Shown here in pieces: positions 15,749 through 23,673 of a stretch of DNA of 27,574 bases. A program made the translations under genes and the position numbers. The stretch is from Myxococcota bacterium (lineage in GTDB: Bacteria; Myxococcota_A; UBA9042; JABWCM01), in NCBI GenBank assembly GCA_963694245.1, contig CAVOCR010000001.1, forward strand, positions 1 to 27,574. Direction: 5' to 3'. The notes beneath the pieces are model-generated. The model saw only the letters and a list, made by a program, of their open reading frames with translations. It did no database searches and was not told where the DNA came from. Within the stretch, counting starts at the first letter, position 1; every line of letters starts with the position of its first letter.

Positions 15749-18301
15749 ATGTCAGAGGTACGCAGAGTCAGGAATGTGCTCCTATACGTCGTCTGGGCGA
15801 CGTCGCTGGTGGGGTGTTTTCAAATTCCTCCGGAACCCGTTTGGCAGGGGGCGGAAGGGGCCGATGTCATCGAGGACGGGGAGCTCCCGAACCCGGACCT
15901 CGACGCCGAGGAGTCCGGTTCGGAGGAGACTGGAGATGTCGCCTGTGTGGATCCTCCGTGCACTCCAGATGCGTGTGAGGGCGCAGAGTGTGGGGATGTT
16001 GAAGAGCCTCTGGATGCCGATGCGGGCGACTCCCCGGATGTCTGTGCACCGGATTGTGACGAGAAGAGTTGTGGTGGGGATGGGTGCGGTGGCTCCTGTG
16101 GAATGTGCCTGGATGGGCTCGTTTGCAATGAGGATGGCGTCTGCACATGCGTCCCTCAATGCGAGGGCAAGGAGTGCGGGGAAGACAGCTGCGGTGATCT
16201 CTGCGGGACCTGCGCCTCGGGTCAGCAATGCAGTTCGCAGGGGGCGTGTGAATGTGCCCCCGCCTGCGGCGAGAAGGTCTGCGGAGACGATGGTTGCGGC
16301 GGTTCCTGTGGGGATTGTCAGGGGGGCACTCAATGCGCCGCGGGAACATGTGAGTGTGTGGCGGACTGCGCCGACAAGACCTGTGGTTCGGATGGTTGCG
16401 GGGGGGACTGCGGACCCTGCAGCGAGGTACAGGAATGCAGTTCCCAGCAGCAATGCGCCTGCAAGTTCAGCGTGTGTGGAGACACCTGTTGTCAGAGCGG
16501 GGAGGTCTGCCATGTCTCCGGTGACAATTGTTGCGATCCGAACTGTGGAGTTCAGGAGTGCGGATTGAACGCATGCGGCGAGGCCTGTGGGGATGGCTGC
16601 GCCTCGAACGAGCTCTGTGATGCGGGAAGCTGCGTGTGCGTGCCTGATTGCGATGGAAAGGAGTGCGGTTCAGACGGTTGCGGCGGTACCTGTGCCCCCA
16701 ATGCCTGCGCTGATTTTTCGGCATGTTCGGAAGAGGGTGTGTGCGAATGCGAGCACGCGACGTGTGTCGGAACCTGTTGCTCGGAAGGCGATGTCTGCCA
16801 TGAAGAGAGCTGCTGTACACCGGACTGCACGGACAAGGTCTGTGGTGAATCCGACGGCTGCGGTGGAATCTGCACCGCGTGCGCCAGCGCCGAAGCCCTT
16901 CAATGCTCCCAGTTGATCTGTCCTGTGGAGTTCATCGAAAATCCGATCCCCACCGCCTGCGTGTTTGCGGGCTACCAGGAGAACGGGACCCTCTGTGAGG
17001 ATGGAGATGCCTGCACTGTCGGCGATGTCTGTGACGATGGAGCCTGTCTGGGGCCCGTGTGCCCGGGTAGCGGCCCCTGCAAGGACGTGTTTTGTCAGGG
17101 CGGAGCGTGCGCGGTCTCCTACGAGAACGTCGGAACGTCCTGTGACGATGACGATCCCTGCACGGAGAATGACACCTGTGCATCTTCGCAGGGAACGGTG
17201 GTCACCGTTTGCGAAGGCGTGAATCTCTCTTGTGACGATGGAAATCCCTGCACGAACGACACCTGCGATCTGACCGGGGAATGTACGCATGTTCCCGTGG
17301 CCGATGGGATCGGCTGCAACCCAGCGGGCATCTGCATCCAGGGGGCGTGCTGTCAGGATTCCTGCATCGCGCCGAGTTCTTGCGGGTTCACCTCCTGTGG
17401 GACGGGATGCGGTCTGTGCGCCGGCGCTGGAAGCACCTGCGTGGAGAGCAGTTGCGATGTGATCGGGGGGCCGGACGACATGCAGCTTGTGCAGGCGGGT
17501 CTGGGACTTCTGGGCTGCAGCGTTGGCAGCGCGTCCTGCGATGAATCGCTTCAAGGGGAGGATGAGTCGCCGGAAGTCCTCGCCTATCTGAGCGCCTATG
17601 CGATCGATACGTTCGAAGTGACGATCCATGACTTCAATACATTCCTCGACTCCATCGGAGGGCCCACGGCGAGTTGCGGCTCCTCCGAGTTCGGTCCATG
17701 CGTTGTTTTGGATGGGAGCGAGTGGAGTGCTCTCGTGAATCAGGGGCCCTGGTATCCCGCCAGCCATGTGACCTGGGTGGGCGCTTCGGATTATTGCGCG
17801 TCGAAGTCCAAGCGGTTGTGCACCGAGGCCGAATGGGAGCGTGCGGCGCGTCACGACGGGGGCATCTGGCCCTGGGGCAACTCCCCCGCTCCCAGCACCG
17901 CGTGTACGCAGGCGAGTCATGGCGGCGTCTGTGGCGACGGGCCCTCGGTAGTGGGGAGTCATCCGGAAGGCGTGTCGACCGTTCAGGCACATGACATGGC
18001 AGGCAATGTCGCGGAGTGGACCGCCGATTTCTATGCCCCGGATATCTATCAGAGCTATGTGAACGCGAGCGCCCTCGCATACCAACCCATCGGACCGGGC
18101 GTCGGGACGGGCGTCCATGTGATCCGGGGTGGGAGCTTTGCGTCTCTGGAGCCGGATCTCACGAGCACATCCCGTTCGTTCGCCTCTTCGGATCTCAGCG
18201 GCATTCCCACGACCTCGACCTCTCCGGACGCGCTCGGGAGCGACGAGATCGGGTTCCGTTGCTGCGTGGATGTCGACAGTCCGATCGCTCCCCAGGAGTG
18301 A
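15749..18301 (+). CDS. Cys-rich repeat lipoprotein with C-terminal FGE/SUMF1-like domain
   Basis: Lipobox SLVGC; acidic spacer; tandem Cys repeats; from ~residue 578 AIDTFEVT, RLCTEAEWERAAR, HDMAGNVAEW, IRGGSF, IGFRCC. Confidence 0.9.
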   Translation: MSEVRRVRNVLLYVVWATSLVGCFQIPPEPVWQGAEGADVIEDGELPNPDLDAEESGSEETGDVACVDPPCTPDACEGAECGDVEEPLDADAGDSPDVCAPDCDEKSCGGDGCGGSCGMCLDGLVCNEDGVCTCVPQCEGKECGEDSCGDLCGTCASGQQCSSQGACECAPACGEKVCGDDGCGGSCGDCQGGTQCAAGTCECVADCADKTCGSDGCGGDCGPCSEVQECSSQQQCACKFSVCGDTCCQSGEVCHVSGDNCCDPNCGVQECGLNACGEACGDGCASNELCDAGSCVCVPDCDGKECGSDGCGGTCAPNACADFSACSEEGVCECEHATCVGTCCSEGDVCHEESCCTPDCTDKVCGESDGCGGICTACASAEALQCSQLICPVEFIENPIPTACVFAGYQENGTLCEDGDACTVGDVCDDGACLGPVCPGSGPCKDVFCQGGACAVSYENVGTSCDDDDPCTENDTCASSQGTVVTVCEGVNLSCDDGNPCTNDTCDLTGECTHVPVADGIGCNPAGICIQGACCQDSCIAPSSCGFTSCGTGCGLCAGAGSTCVESSCDVIGGPDDMQLVQAGLGLLGCSVGSASCDESLQGEDESPEVLAYLSAYAIDTFEVTIHDFNTFLDSIGGPTASCGSSEFGPCVVLDGSEWSALVNQGPWYPASHVTWVGASDYCASKSKRLCTEAEWERAARHDGGIWPWGNSPAPSTACTQASHGGVCGDGPSVVGSHPEGVSTVQAHDMAGNVAEWTADFYAPDIYQSYVNASALAYQPIGPGVGTGVHVIRGGSFASLEPDLTSTSRSFASSDLSGIPTTSTSPDALGSDEIGFRCCVDVDSPIAPQE
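16043..16921 (+). repeat. Coding tandem Cys-rich repeats (seven ~35-aa 8-Cys units and two ~23-aa 6-Cys units)
   Basis: Consensus CxPDCxxKxCGxDGCGGxCGxC-x5-C-x4/5-C, interrupted twice by CxxxxCxxTCCxxGxVCH-x-C. Confidence 0.85.
16994..17290 (+). repeat. Three CxDxxxCTxxDxC repeats
   Basis: CEDGDACTVGDVC, CDDDDPCTENDTC, CDDGNPCTNDTC. Confidence 0.8.
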
Positions 18302-18376
18302 TCTCTGGAGTCGCGCCTGCATCTGACTCCGCTGGAGGAGGCGCAGCCCCTCATGACGAAGCTCTCCTCGCCTCTT

Positions 18377-18395
18377 GTTGAAAGCAATTCTCAAT
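18377..18395 (+). promoter_or_regulatory. Fur-box-like operator upstream of feoA
   Basis: GTTGAAAGCAATTCTCAAT; its core matches the 7-1-7 Fur repeat TGATAATnATTATCA at 10 of 14 positions. It is the only AT-rich patch, 27 bp before feoA. Confidence 0.65.
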
Positions 18396-18422
18396 TGCGG
18401 GTCGGTATGCTATCCAGCCGGC

Positions 18423-18677
18423 ATGTCGGACGACATCACCACCTTGAATGGGCTTGAAGACGGAAGCAACGCCGTCGTTCATTCCGTGATCGGAGAGGAC
18501 GCGATCGCACGAAGAATCGCTGATCTTGGGTTCTGGAAGGGGACCTCCGTGACCCTGGTTCGGAGAGCGCCAGCGGGCGATCCTCTCGAGGTCAAATTGA
18601 GAGGATTTCGACTCGCCCTCCGTTCGGAAGAGGCTCTTCGCGTGAGAGTGGTTCCTCTCTCGGAGGAAGCGGGATGA
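18423..18677 (+). CDS. feoA: Ferrous iron transport protein A
   Basis: RRIADLGFWKG, RRAPAGDPLEVKLRGFRLALR; ATG 18423; ATGA overlap with feoB. Confidence 0.93.
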   Translation: MSDDITTLNGLEDGSNAVVHSVIGEDAIARRIADLGFWKGTSVTLVRRAPAGDPLEVKLRGFRLALRSEEALRVRVVPLSEEAG

Positions 18678-20647
18678 AATCATCCTCCCCCGACTCCTCC
18701 AGGACGATTCGTTTTGCCCTCGTGGGGCGACCGAATGCGGGGAAGACCTCTCTTCTGCTCGCCATGACCGGCGCATCGGGCTTGAAGCCCGTGAACTTCG
18801 CAGGCTCGTCGGTGGAGCGCGTGGAGAGTCAGGTGATTCGCGATGACGTGGAATTTCAGGGGATCGACCTCCCGGGTATCGTCTCTCTGGATCCCCTGAC
18901 CCGCGACGAGGAGCTCGCCATCGCAGCGCTTCGGGGGGATGAAGTGGAATCGCTCGATGTGATCGTGGCGGTCCTCGATGCCACGCGATTGAGCGTGGAG
19001 CTTCCCTTTCTTCAACGATTGATCGTGCTGGGGAGACCTCTTGTCGTGGCATTGAACAAGGGAGATCTGGCGGCTCACCAGGGTCGGGTGGTGGACGGAG
19101 TGGCGCTTCAGTCTGCGTTGGGCGTCACGGTGGTCGAGACGAACGGTCGCCTGGACACGGGCGCGGATGGGCTCTTCGAGGCCATCGCCGCGGCCGAGGA
19201 TTCCCCTCCACCACCCGGCATGGAACTGGATGCTGACGCGTTGACCGCGGAAGTGACTCGGGGCAAGGGTGTTCAGACCCTCTGGACGGATCGTCTGGAT
19301 GCCCTTCTGCTCCATCGTGTCTGGGGTCTCCCGCTTCTCGCGCTGCTCCTCTACGGCGTGTTCCAGGCGATCTTCCTCGGCGCGGAGCCCGCAATGGGAT
19401 GGATCGAGTCGGGGCAGGGGTTTCTCAGCGAAGCCGTTGCTGGCTGGTTGGAGCCCGGTGCGTTGCAGAGCCTGCTCATTGATGGGCTGATCAACGGGGT
19501 GGGCTCCGTCGTGATCTTTTTGCCTCAGATCATCTTGATGATGGCCTTCATCGTCTTGTTGGAGGGCTCCGGATATCTCGCTCGAGCGGCGTTCCTGCTG
19601 GATCGGCCCTTGAGCCGGGTCGGATTGAGCGGCCGCAGCTTCATGCCCTTGATGGGGTCGTTTGGATGCGCGGTTCCAGGGATCCTCGCGACTCGGATCA
19701 TGGAGGGGGAGCGTGATCGGCTCGCGACCATCGCGGTCGCGCCGCTCATGAGTTGTTCGGCGCGATTTCCCGTGTATGTCGTTCTGATCGGCGCCTTCTT
19801 TCCGGCGTCGATGGCCGGGGGAGTCCTCTTTGGGCTGTATGCGCTGGGAGTCGTCGTCGCGGCTCTCGTGGCATGGGCTCTGAGGAGGACGGTGTTGAAG
19901 GGAGCCAGCTCGGTTCTGCTCATGGAACTCCCTCCCTATCAACTCCCACCGATACGTCATGTCCTCGGCGCGGTGTTGTCAGCCGTGAAGGCCTTCGTGG
20001 TGATGGCAGGCACCGTGATCTTCCTGACCTCCCTCGTGATCTGGGCGCTCAGTTATTACCCGCGTCCGATGGATATTCATTCGGAGCATGCTGGGCTGCG
20101 CTCTGCGGTCATGGCGGGGTCCGGGGACGAAGCGTCGAAGGCCGCGGAGCTCTCCCGATTGGATGCGGCGGAGGAGTCCGCCTACTTCGAGAACAGCTAC
20201 CTCGCGCGGTTTGGGAAGGCGGTCCAGCCGGTGTTTGCGCCCGCGGGGTTTGATTGGCGCATCACCGTCGGGATTCTCGCGGCGTTTCCAGCCCGGGAGC
20301 TGATCATCCCCACGCTGGGTACGCTCTACAGTCTCGGCGAGGTGGACCCTGGCGCGCATGATCTCGCGACTCTGGAAGAGGGTGCGGCGGCGCCGGATGG
20401 TCTTCGTGCGAAGCTGCGCGCCGCACGTGACTCCGATGGGAATCGCGTCTTTGACCCGGTGGTCGCACTGGCGCTGATGGTGTTCTTCGCGCTCTGCAGT
20501 CAATGCGTCGCGACGCTCGGCGCGATGCGGCGGGAGACGGCGTCCTGGCGTTGGCCCGCGTTCGCCTTCACCTACATGACGGCGCTCGCCTGGATCGCGG
20601 CGGTCGCGGTCCATCAGGTGGGTCGCTGGATGGGGTGGGGCGCGTGA
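18674..20647 (+). CDS. feoB: Ferrous iron transport protein B
   Basis: G1 GRPNAGKTS, G3 DLPG, G4 NKGD; gate motifs GSFGCAVPG and PLMSCSAR; CSQCVAT. Confidence 0.96.
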   Translation: MKSSSPDSSRTIRFALVGRPNAGKTSLLLAMTGASGLKPVNFAGSSVERVESQVIRDDVEFQGIDLPGIVSLDPLTRDEELAIAALRGDEVESLDVIVAVLDATRLSVELPFLQRLIVLGRPLVVALNKGDLAAHQGRVVDGVALQSALGVTVVETNGRLDTGADGLFEAIAAAEDSPPPPGMELDADALTAEVTRGKGVQTLWTDRLDALLLHRVWGLPLLALLLYGVFQAIFLGAEPAMGWIESGQGFLSEAVAGWLEPGALQSLLIDGLINGVGSVVIFLPQIILMMAFIVLLEGSGYLARAAFLLDRPLSRVGLSGRSFMPLMGSFGCAVPGILATRIMEGERDRLATIAVAPLMSCSARFPVYVVLIGAFFPASMAGGVLFGLYALGVVVAALVAWALRRTVLKGASSVLLMELPPYQLPPIRHVLGAVLSAVKAFVVMAGTVIFLTSLVIWALSYYPRPMDIHSEHAGLRSAVMAGSGDEASKAAELSRLDAAEESAYFENSYLARFGKAVQPVFAPAGFDWRITVGILAAFPARELIIPTLGTLYSLGEVDPGAHDLATLEEGAAAPDGLRAKLRAARDSDGNRVFDPVVALALMVFFALCSQCVATLGAMRRETASWRWPAFAFTYMTALAWIAAVAVHQVGRWMGWGA

Positions 20648-20826
20648 TGGACTGGTATTGGACCTGGCAGGATCCCGTCGCGTTGGGCCTCGTCACGTTC
20701 GTTGTGGGAGTCGCTTTCGGGCATGCGTTGGGTCGGCGACGAAAGGCCAGCGCCCGGAAAAAGAAGGCGGAGCGGACATCCACGCGGACACAGTTGACTG
20801 TGCTGGACACGCCCTCGGACGAGTGA
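20647..20826 (+). CDS. Small (59 aa) single-TM protein coupled to feoB
   Basis: TGATG stop/start overlap; MDWYWTWQDPVALGLVTFVVGVAFGHALGRRRKASARKKK... (TM followed by a basic stretch). Confidence 0.65.
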   Translation: MDWYWTWQDPVALGLVTFVVGVAFGHALGRRRKASARKKKAERTSTRTQLTVLDTPSDE

Positions 20827-20830
20827 GGGG

Positions 20831-21745
20831 TCATTTCTTCTTCGGTGAGCGCTTCTTCGGCTTCGCCTTGAACTTCTTTCCCAGCTGCGTGACCTCTCGG
20901 GCGAGCGCGTTGATCTTCTTCAGCTGAGCTTCGAGGGCTCCCGTGACTTTTCCGGTTCGGGAGCTGGGAGCGATCCAGATCTCCGTCTTTTTTCCCGCCT
21001 TCTTCTTGAACTCGGCGTAGATGCCATCCGCTTTCGTGGCCTCGGCGACGATCTTCGGGAGAATCCCCGTCATCTTCTCAAGAATCCGACGTCTGCGGCG
21101 GGTCTCCTCGGGTCCAAGGCGCTTGCTGGCAGCCTCCAGCCATGCGCTCGCCTCTTCGATGGACTGGCGACTTCTCTTCACCTGCGCCTGGATCTGTTTG
21201 AGGCCTTTCTGAATGCTTTTCTTCACGCTCGCGACCTTCATCTTCCCGATGCCCCCCTTCTTCGCGGCGGAGTGAAAGGCTTTTGCGCTGGTCTGATAGC
21301 TCTTCAGTGATTTTTTCGCCTTCGGGGGAGTTCCCTGCGCCTTTTTCAGGAGGGCCATGACCTGGTTCCACAAGGGCTGCTGATTGGATTTGATCTTCTT
21401 TCGTTTCCCGACGAGCTTGTTGAATCGCTTCTTGAGCTTGAGGACGTTCTTGTGCGTCTTCTGAAGCCCTTCCCGGGAAATCCTCATCCGCTTCATGTGC
21501 TTGTTCAACGCGGGCATCGGAGGGTTCTTTGGAGTTACCCCGTCCTTCTTGAGGAACGTCAGGAGGCCCTTCTTCTCGGCCATGTCCTTGTTCATCTTCT
21601 TCAAGGACGTCACGACGCTGCTGTTGAGCTGGGTCAGCGACTTGCGCGCGCTCGCGGTCTTCATGACGCGGGTGCATCCGGTCGTCAGGAGGAGCAGGGC
21701 CATCACAAGGGCAGGGGCCGCCCAGTGGATGAGGGTCTTCTTCAT
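20831..21745 (-). CDS. Extremely basic helical lipoprotein, unknown function
   Basis: Signal MKK...LLLLTTGC; by hand count about 61 Lys + 18 Arg vs 16 Asp/Glu in 304 aa; ATGA overlap with the upstream gene; GGAG upstream. Confidence 0.8.
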   Translation of the reverse strand: MKKTLIHWAAPALVMALLLLTTGCTRVMKTASARKSLTQLNSSVVTSLKKMNKDMAEKKGLLTFLKKDGVTPKNPPMPALNKHMKRMRISREGLQKTHKNVLKLKKRFNKLVGKRKKIKSNQQPLWNQVMALLKKAQGTPPKAKKSLKSYQTSAKAFHSAAKKGGIGKMKVASVKKSIQKGLKQIQAQVKRSRQSIEEASAWLEAASKRLGPEETRRRRRILEKMTGILPKIVAEATKADGIYAEFKKKAGKKTEIWIAPSSRTGKVTGALEAQLKKINALAREVTQLGKKFKAKPKKRSPKKK

Positions 21746-23079
21746 GGAGTTCTCCGAGGGGGTTCTGAGGGGCGTGGGGTGTTGAGTGCGTTGTCCATGA
21801 ACACGCTCGCTGGGAATCGGGCTCCGGTTTCAGGGTGACGCACGGTTCGTTTCAGCACGAAGTCGAACAAGAGAGGATTGTGCATGTAGATGGTGCGGAG
21901 GGGTTGCGCCTCTTCCGGTCGGAGGAATCCCTCTTTGACGAGTGGGGTCAATCGGATGACGACGTTCACAGCGGGAAGTGGATAGTCGCTCCCGTTGACC
22001 AGTCGGGGATGCAGGTCGTCTCTCTCGAGGAGTATGCGCAGCGGTCGGGACAGACGGTTGGCGAGGGTGACAGCACTGATCTCTCCGAAGAGGAGTCCCT
22101 GGTATCTGGCTTCATTCATCAGGCGCAGGAAGAGGTCGAAGTTGTCGACCGGAGGTCCTTCGGGGTGATCGAGGTCCTCTCCTTCACCGAGGCTCGCGCA
22201 ATGGGCCACGATCACGCGAACACCGTGATCAAGTGGGCGGCGCAGTCGGAGGGGATTGCCCAGATCCTGGGAACCCTCGGCGTCCACCGCATATTCATGG
22301 CCCGCATGGGTGAGGAGTGTCAGGCGGAGTCGCGCCATTTCCTCATAGAAGGCATCGTGCGCGGGATCCGCGGGGTCGATGTTCATGGAGTTGGGGAGCC
22401 ATTTGACCTGGGTGGCTCCTCGTCGCGCTCCTTCGCGCAATGCCTCCAGGGCATCTTTCCGTGCGGGATGAACGGACAAGGTGGCGCGGAAAAGGTCTGG
22501 ATGGGCCTCGGCGAGGGCCAGTACGCGTTCGTTCGGTACGTGGAATTGAGACGCATCGGGGTCGGGTGTTCCATCGGGGCGGTGGTTCATGTCGAAGGCG
22601 AGGAGATGGTGGACTCCATGGCGGCCCCAGGCACGAATCAGCGAGACGAGGCGCGTGATGTACTGGGCATCCGCGCTGGCGAGATTTTCGATTCCGCAGG
22701 CGGTGCGGTAGACCTCAAATCGCACGCGTTCAAAGGGATGGCTCCAGTCGAGGTTGTCGGGATGAATGCTGGCACCCGTGCCGCCGGTGCCCAGCCCGAC
22801 CACGTGTGTGTGGTAATCGACGAGATGGCTGGGATCGATCCCCTCCATCGCAGCATCCACCAACTCCGATGTATTCGATTGTGTGACGAGGTCGAGTGCA
22901 TCCGGTGAGTGATTCCAGGCCCCCCCGAGTTCTCGCAGTGCCATCGGGCCTCCGATCCAGCACAGTGCGCCGAGGGCGAGCCATGGCAGCATCCGGCGGT
23001 TCCAGGACTTCTTCTTCTTTCCCTTCTTCTTTCCCTTCTTCTGTGTTTTCGGGGAATCCTCTGAGCGCCTGGAACCCAT
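21742..23079 (-). CDS. Membrane-anchored/exported amidohydrolase-superfamily protein (Amidohydro_2-like)
   Basis: VDYHTH, KWLP, LLTHAG, VAHCAS, NGSDYP; polybasic N-terminus followed by a hydrophobic segment. ATG 23079 is 1 bp after the upstream stop. Confidence 0.85.
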   Translation of the reverse strand: MGSRRSEDSPKTQKKGKKKGKKKKSWNRRMLPWLALGALCWIGGPMALRELGGAWNHSPDALDLVTQSNTSELVDAAMEGIDPSHLVDYHTHVVGLGTGGTGASIHPDNLDWSHPFERVRFEVYRTACGIENLASADAQYITRLVSLIRAWGRHGVHHLLAFDMNHRPDGTPDPDASQFHVPNERVLALAEAHPDLFRATLSVHPARKDALEALREGARRGATQVKWLPNSMNIDPADPAHDAFYEEMARLRLTLLTHAGHEYAVDAEGSQDLGNPLRLRRPLDHGVRVIVAHCASLGEGEDLDHPEGPPVDNFDLFLRLMNEARYQGLLFGEISAVTLANRLSRPLRILLERDDLHPRLVNGSDYPLPAVNVVIRLTPLVKEGFLRPEEAQPLRTIYMHNPLLFDFVLKRTVRHPETGARFPASVFMDNALNTPRPSEPPRRTP

Positions 23080-23080
23080 T

Positions 23081-23662
23081 TCATTCCCCCACGAGAGCTT
23101 GGAACACTGCGAATCGCCAGCTGTTCGTTCCGTGATTGTGGATGTGCAGATGCACAGGATCTCCCTGTTCCAGGTGGGCGGGGGACAACACTTCCTCATC
23201 GTAGAGCATTGCGCCTTGTGGAATGGGCACGGAGAGTTTCCAGAGCGGATGATCGCCGACGGTGAGATTCAGGACGCCTTCGGCGGGTTCGGGAGCCCAG
23301 AGCGGCAGATGCCATGCGATGATGCGAAGGGGGGTGCCGGCACTCACGTCGGTGAGGAGCGGTTGACGGAAAGTGCCCCATTTGCAGAGATCGGTCTCGA
23401 CTTCAAAGACCCCTGCCTCCACTTGATATCCTCCGGAACAGGTCGCGTCTTCGGGACGATCCACTTCGAAGGGATCCTCGTGGGCCTCGACGAGCACCCA
23501 TGCGTCCATGTCCACGAGGAGAATCTCACGTGCATCGGCATTCCCGGGTGTCGTGTCGGGTTCCACGCTGGAGGCGGGTTCACAGGAAGACACGCTGATG
23601 ACAGCGAGCAGCATCCCGAGATGGCGGTGGAGGGGTCGTGAACGAAGGAGGAGGTGTGTCAT
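23081..23662 (-). CDS. Hypothetical lipoprotein with HxHxHxH motif
   Basis: Lipobox-like VSSC after a hydrophobic stretch; Cys pair; C-terminal VHLHIHNHGTNSW; tight spacing to both neighbours. Confidence 0.75.
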   Translation of the reverse strand: MTHLLLRSRPLHRHLGMLLAVISVSSCEPASSVEPDTTPGNADAREILLVDMDAWVLVEAHEDPFEVDRPEDATCSGGYQVEAGVFEVETDLCKWGTFRQPLLTDVSAGTPLRIIAWHLPLWAPEPAEGVLNLTVGDHPLWKLSVPIPQGAMLYDEEVLSPAHLEQGDPVHLHIHNHGTNSWRFAVFQALVGE

Positions 23663-23673
23663 CGGGTTCGTTC

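Noticed and set aside
16043-17290. Repeats as a CRISPR array or non-coding repeat
   Set aside because: Units are diverged at the DNA level, in frame, conserved as protein, and have no spacers.
17480-18301. FGE-like domain as a diversity-generating retroelement target or true formylglycine-generating enzyme
   Set aside because: No reverse transcriptase or second copy of the 3' region seen in the window, and no catalytic Cys pair. A remote DGR cannot be excluded.
18302-18376. Metal-sensing riboswitch before feoA
   Set aside because: Only short GC-rich complements, no recognisable conserved core, and it lies upstream of the likely promoter.
16670-18394. 574-aa antisense ORF opposite the Cys-rich gene
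   Set aside because: Arg/Ala/His-rich mirror of the Cys/Gly codons; no motifs.
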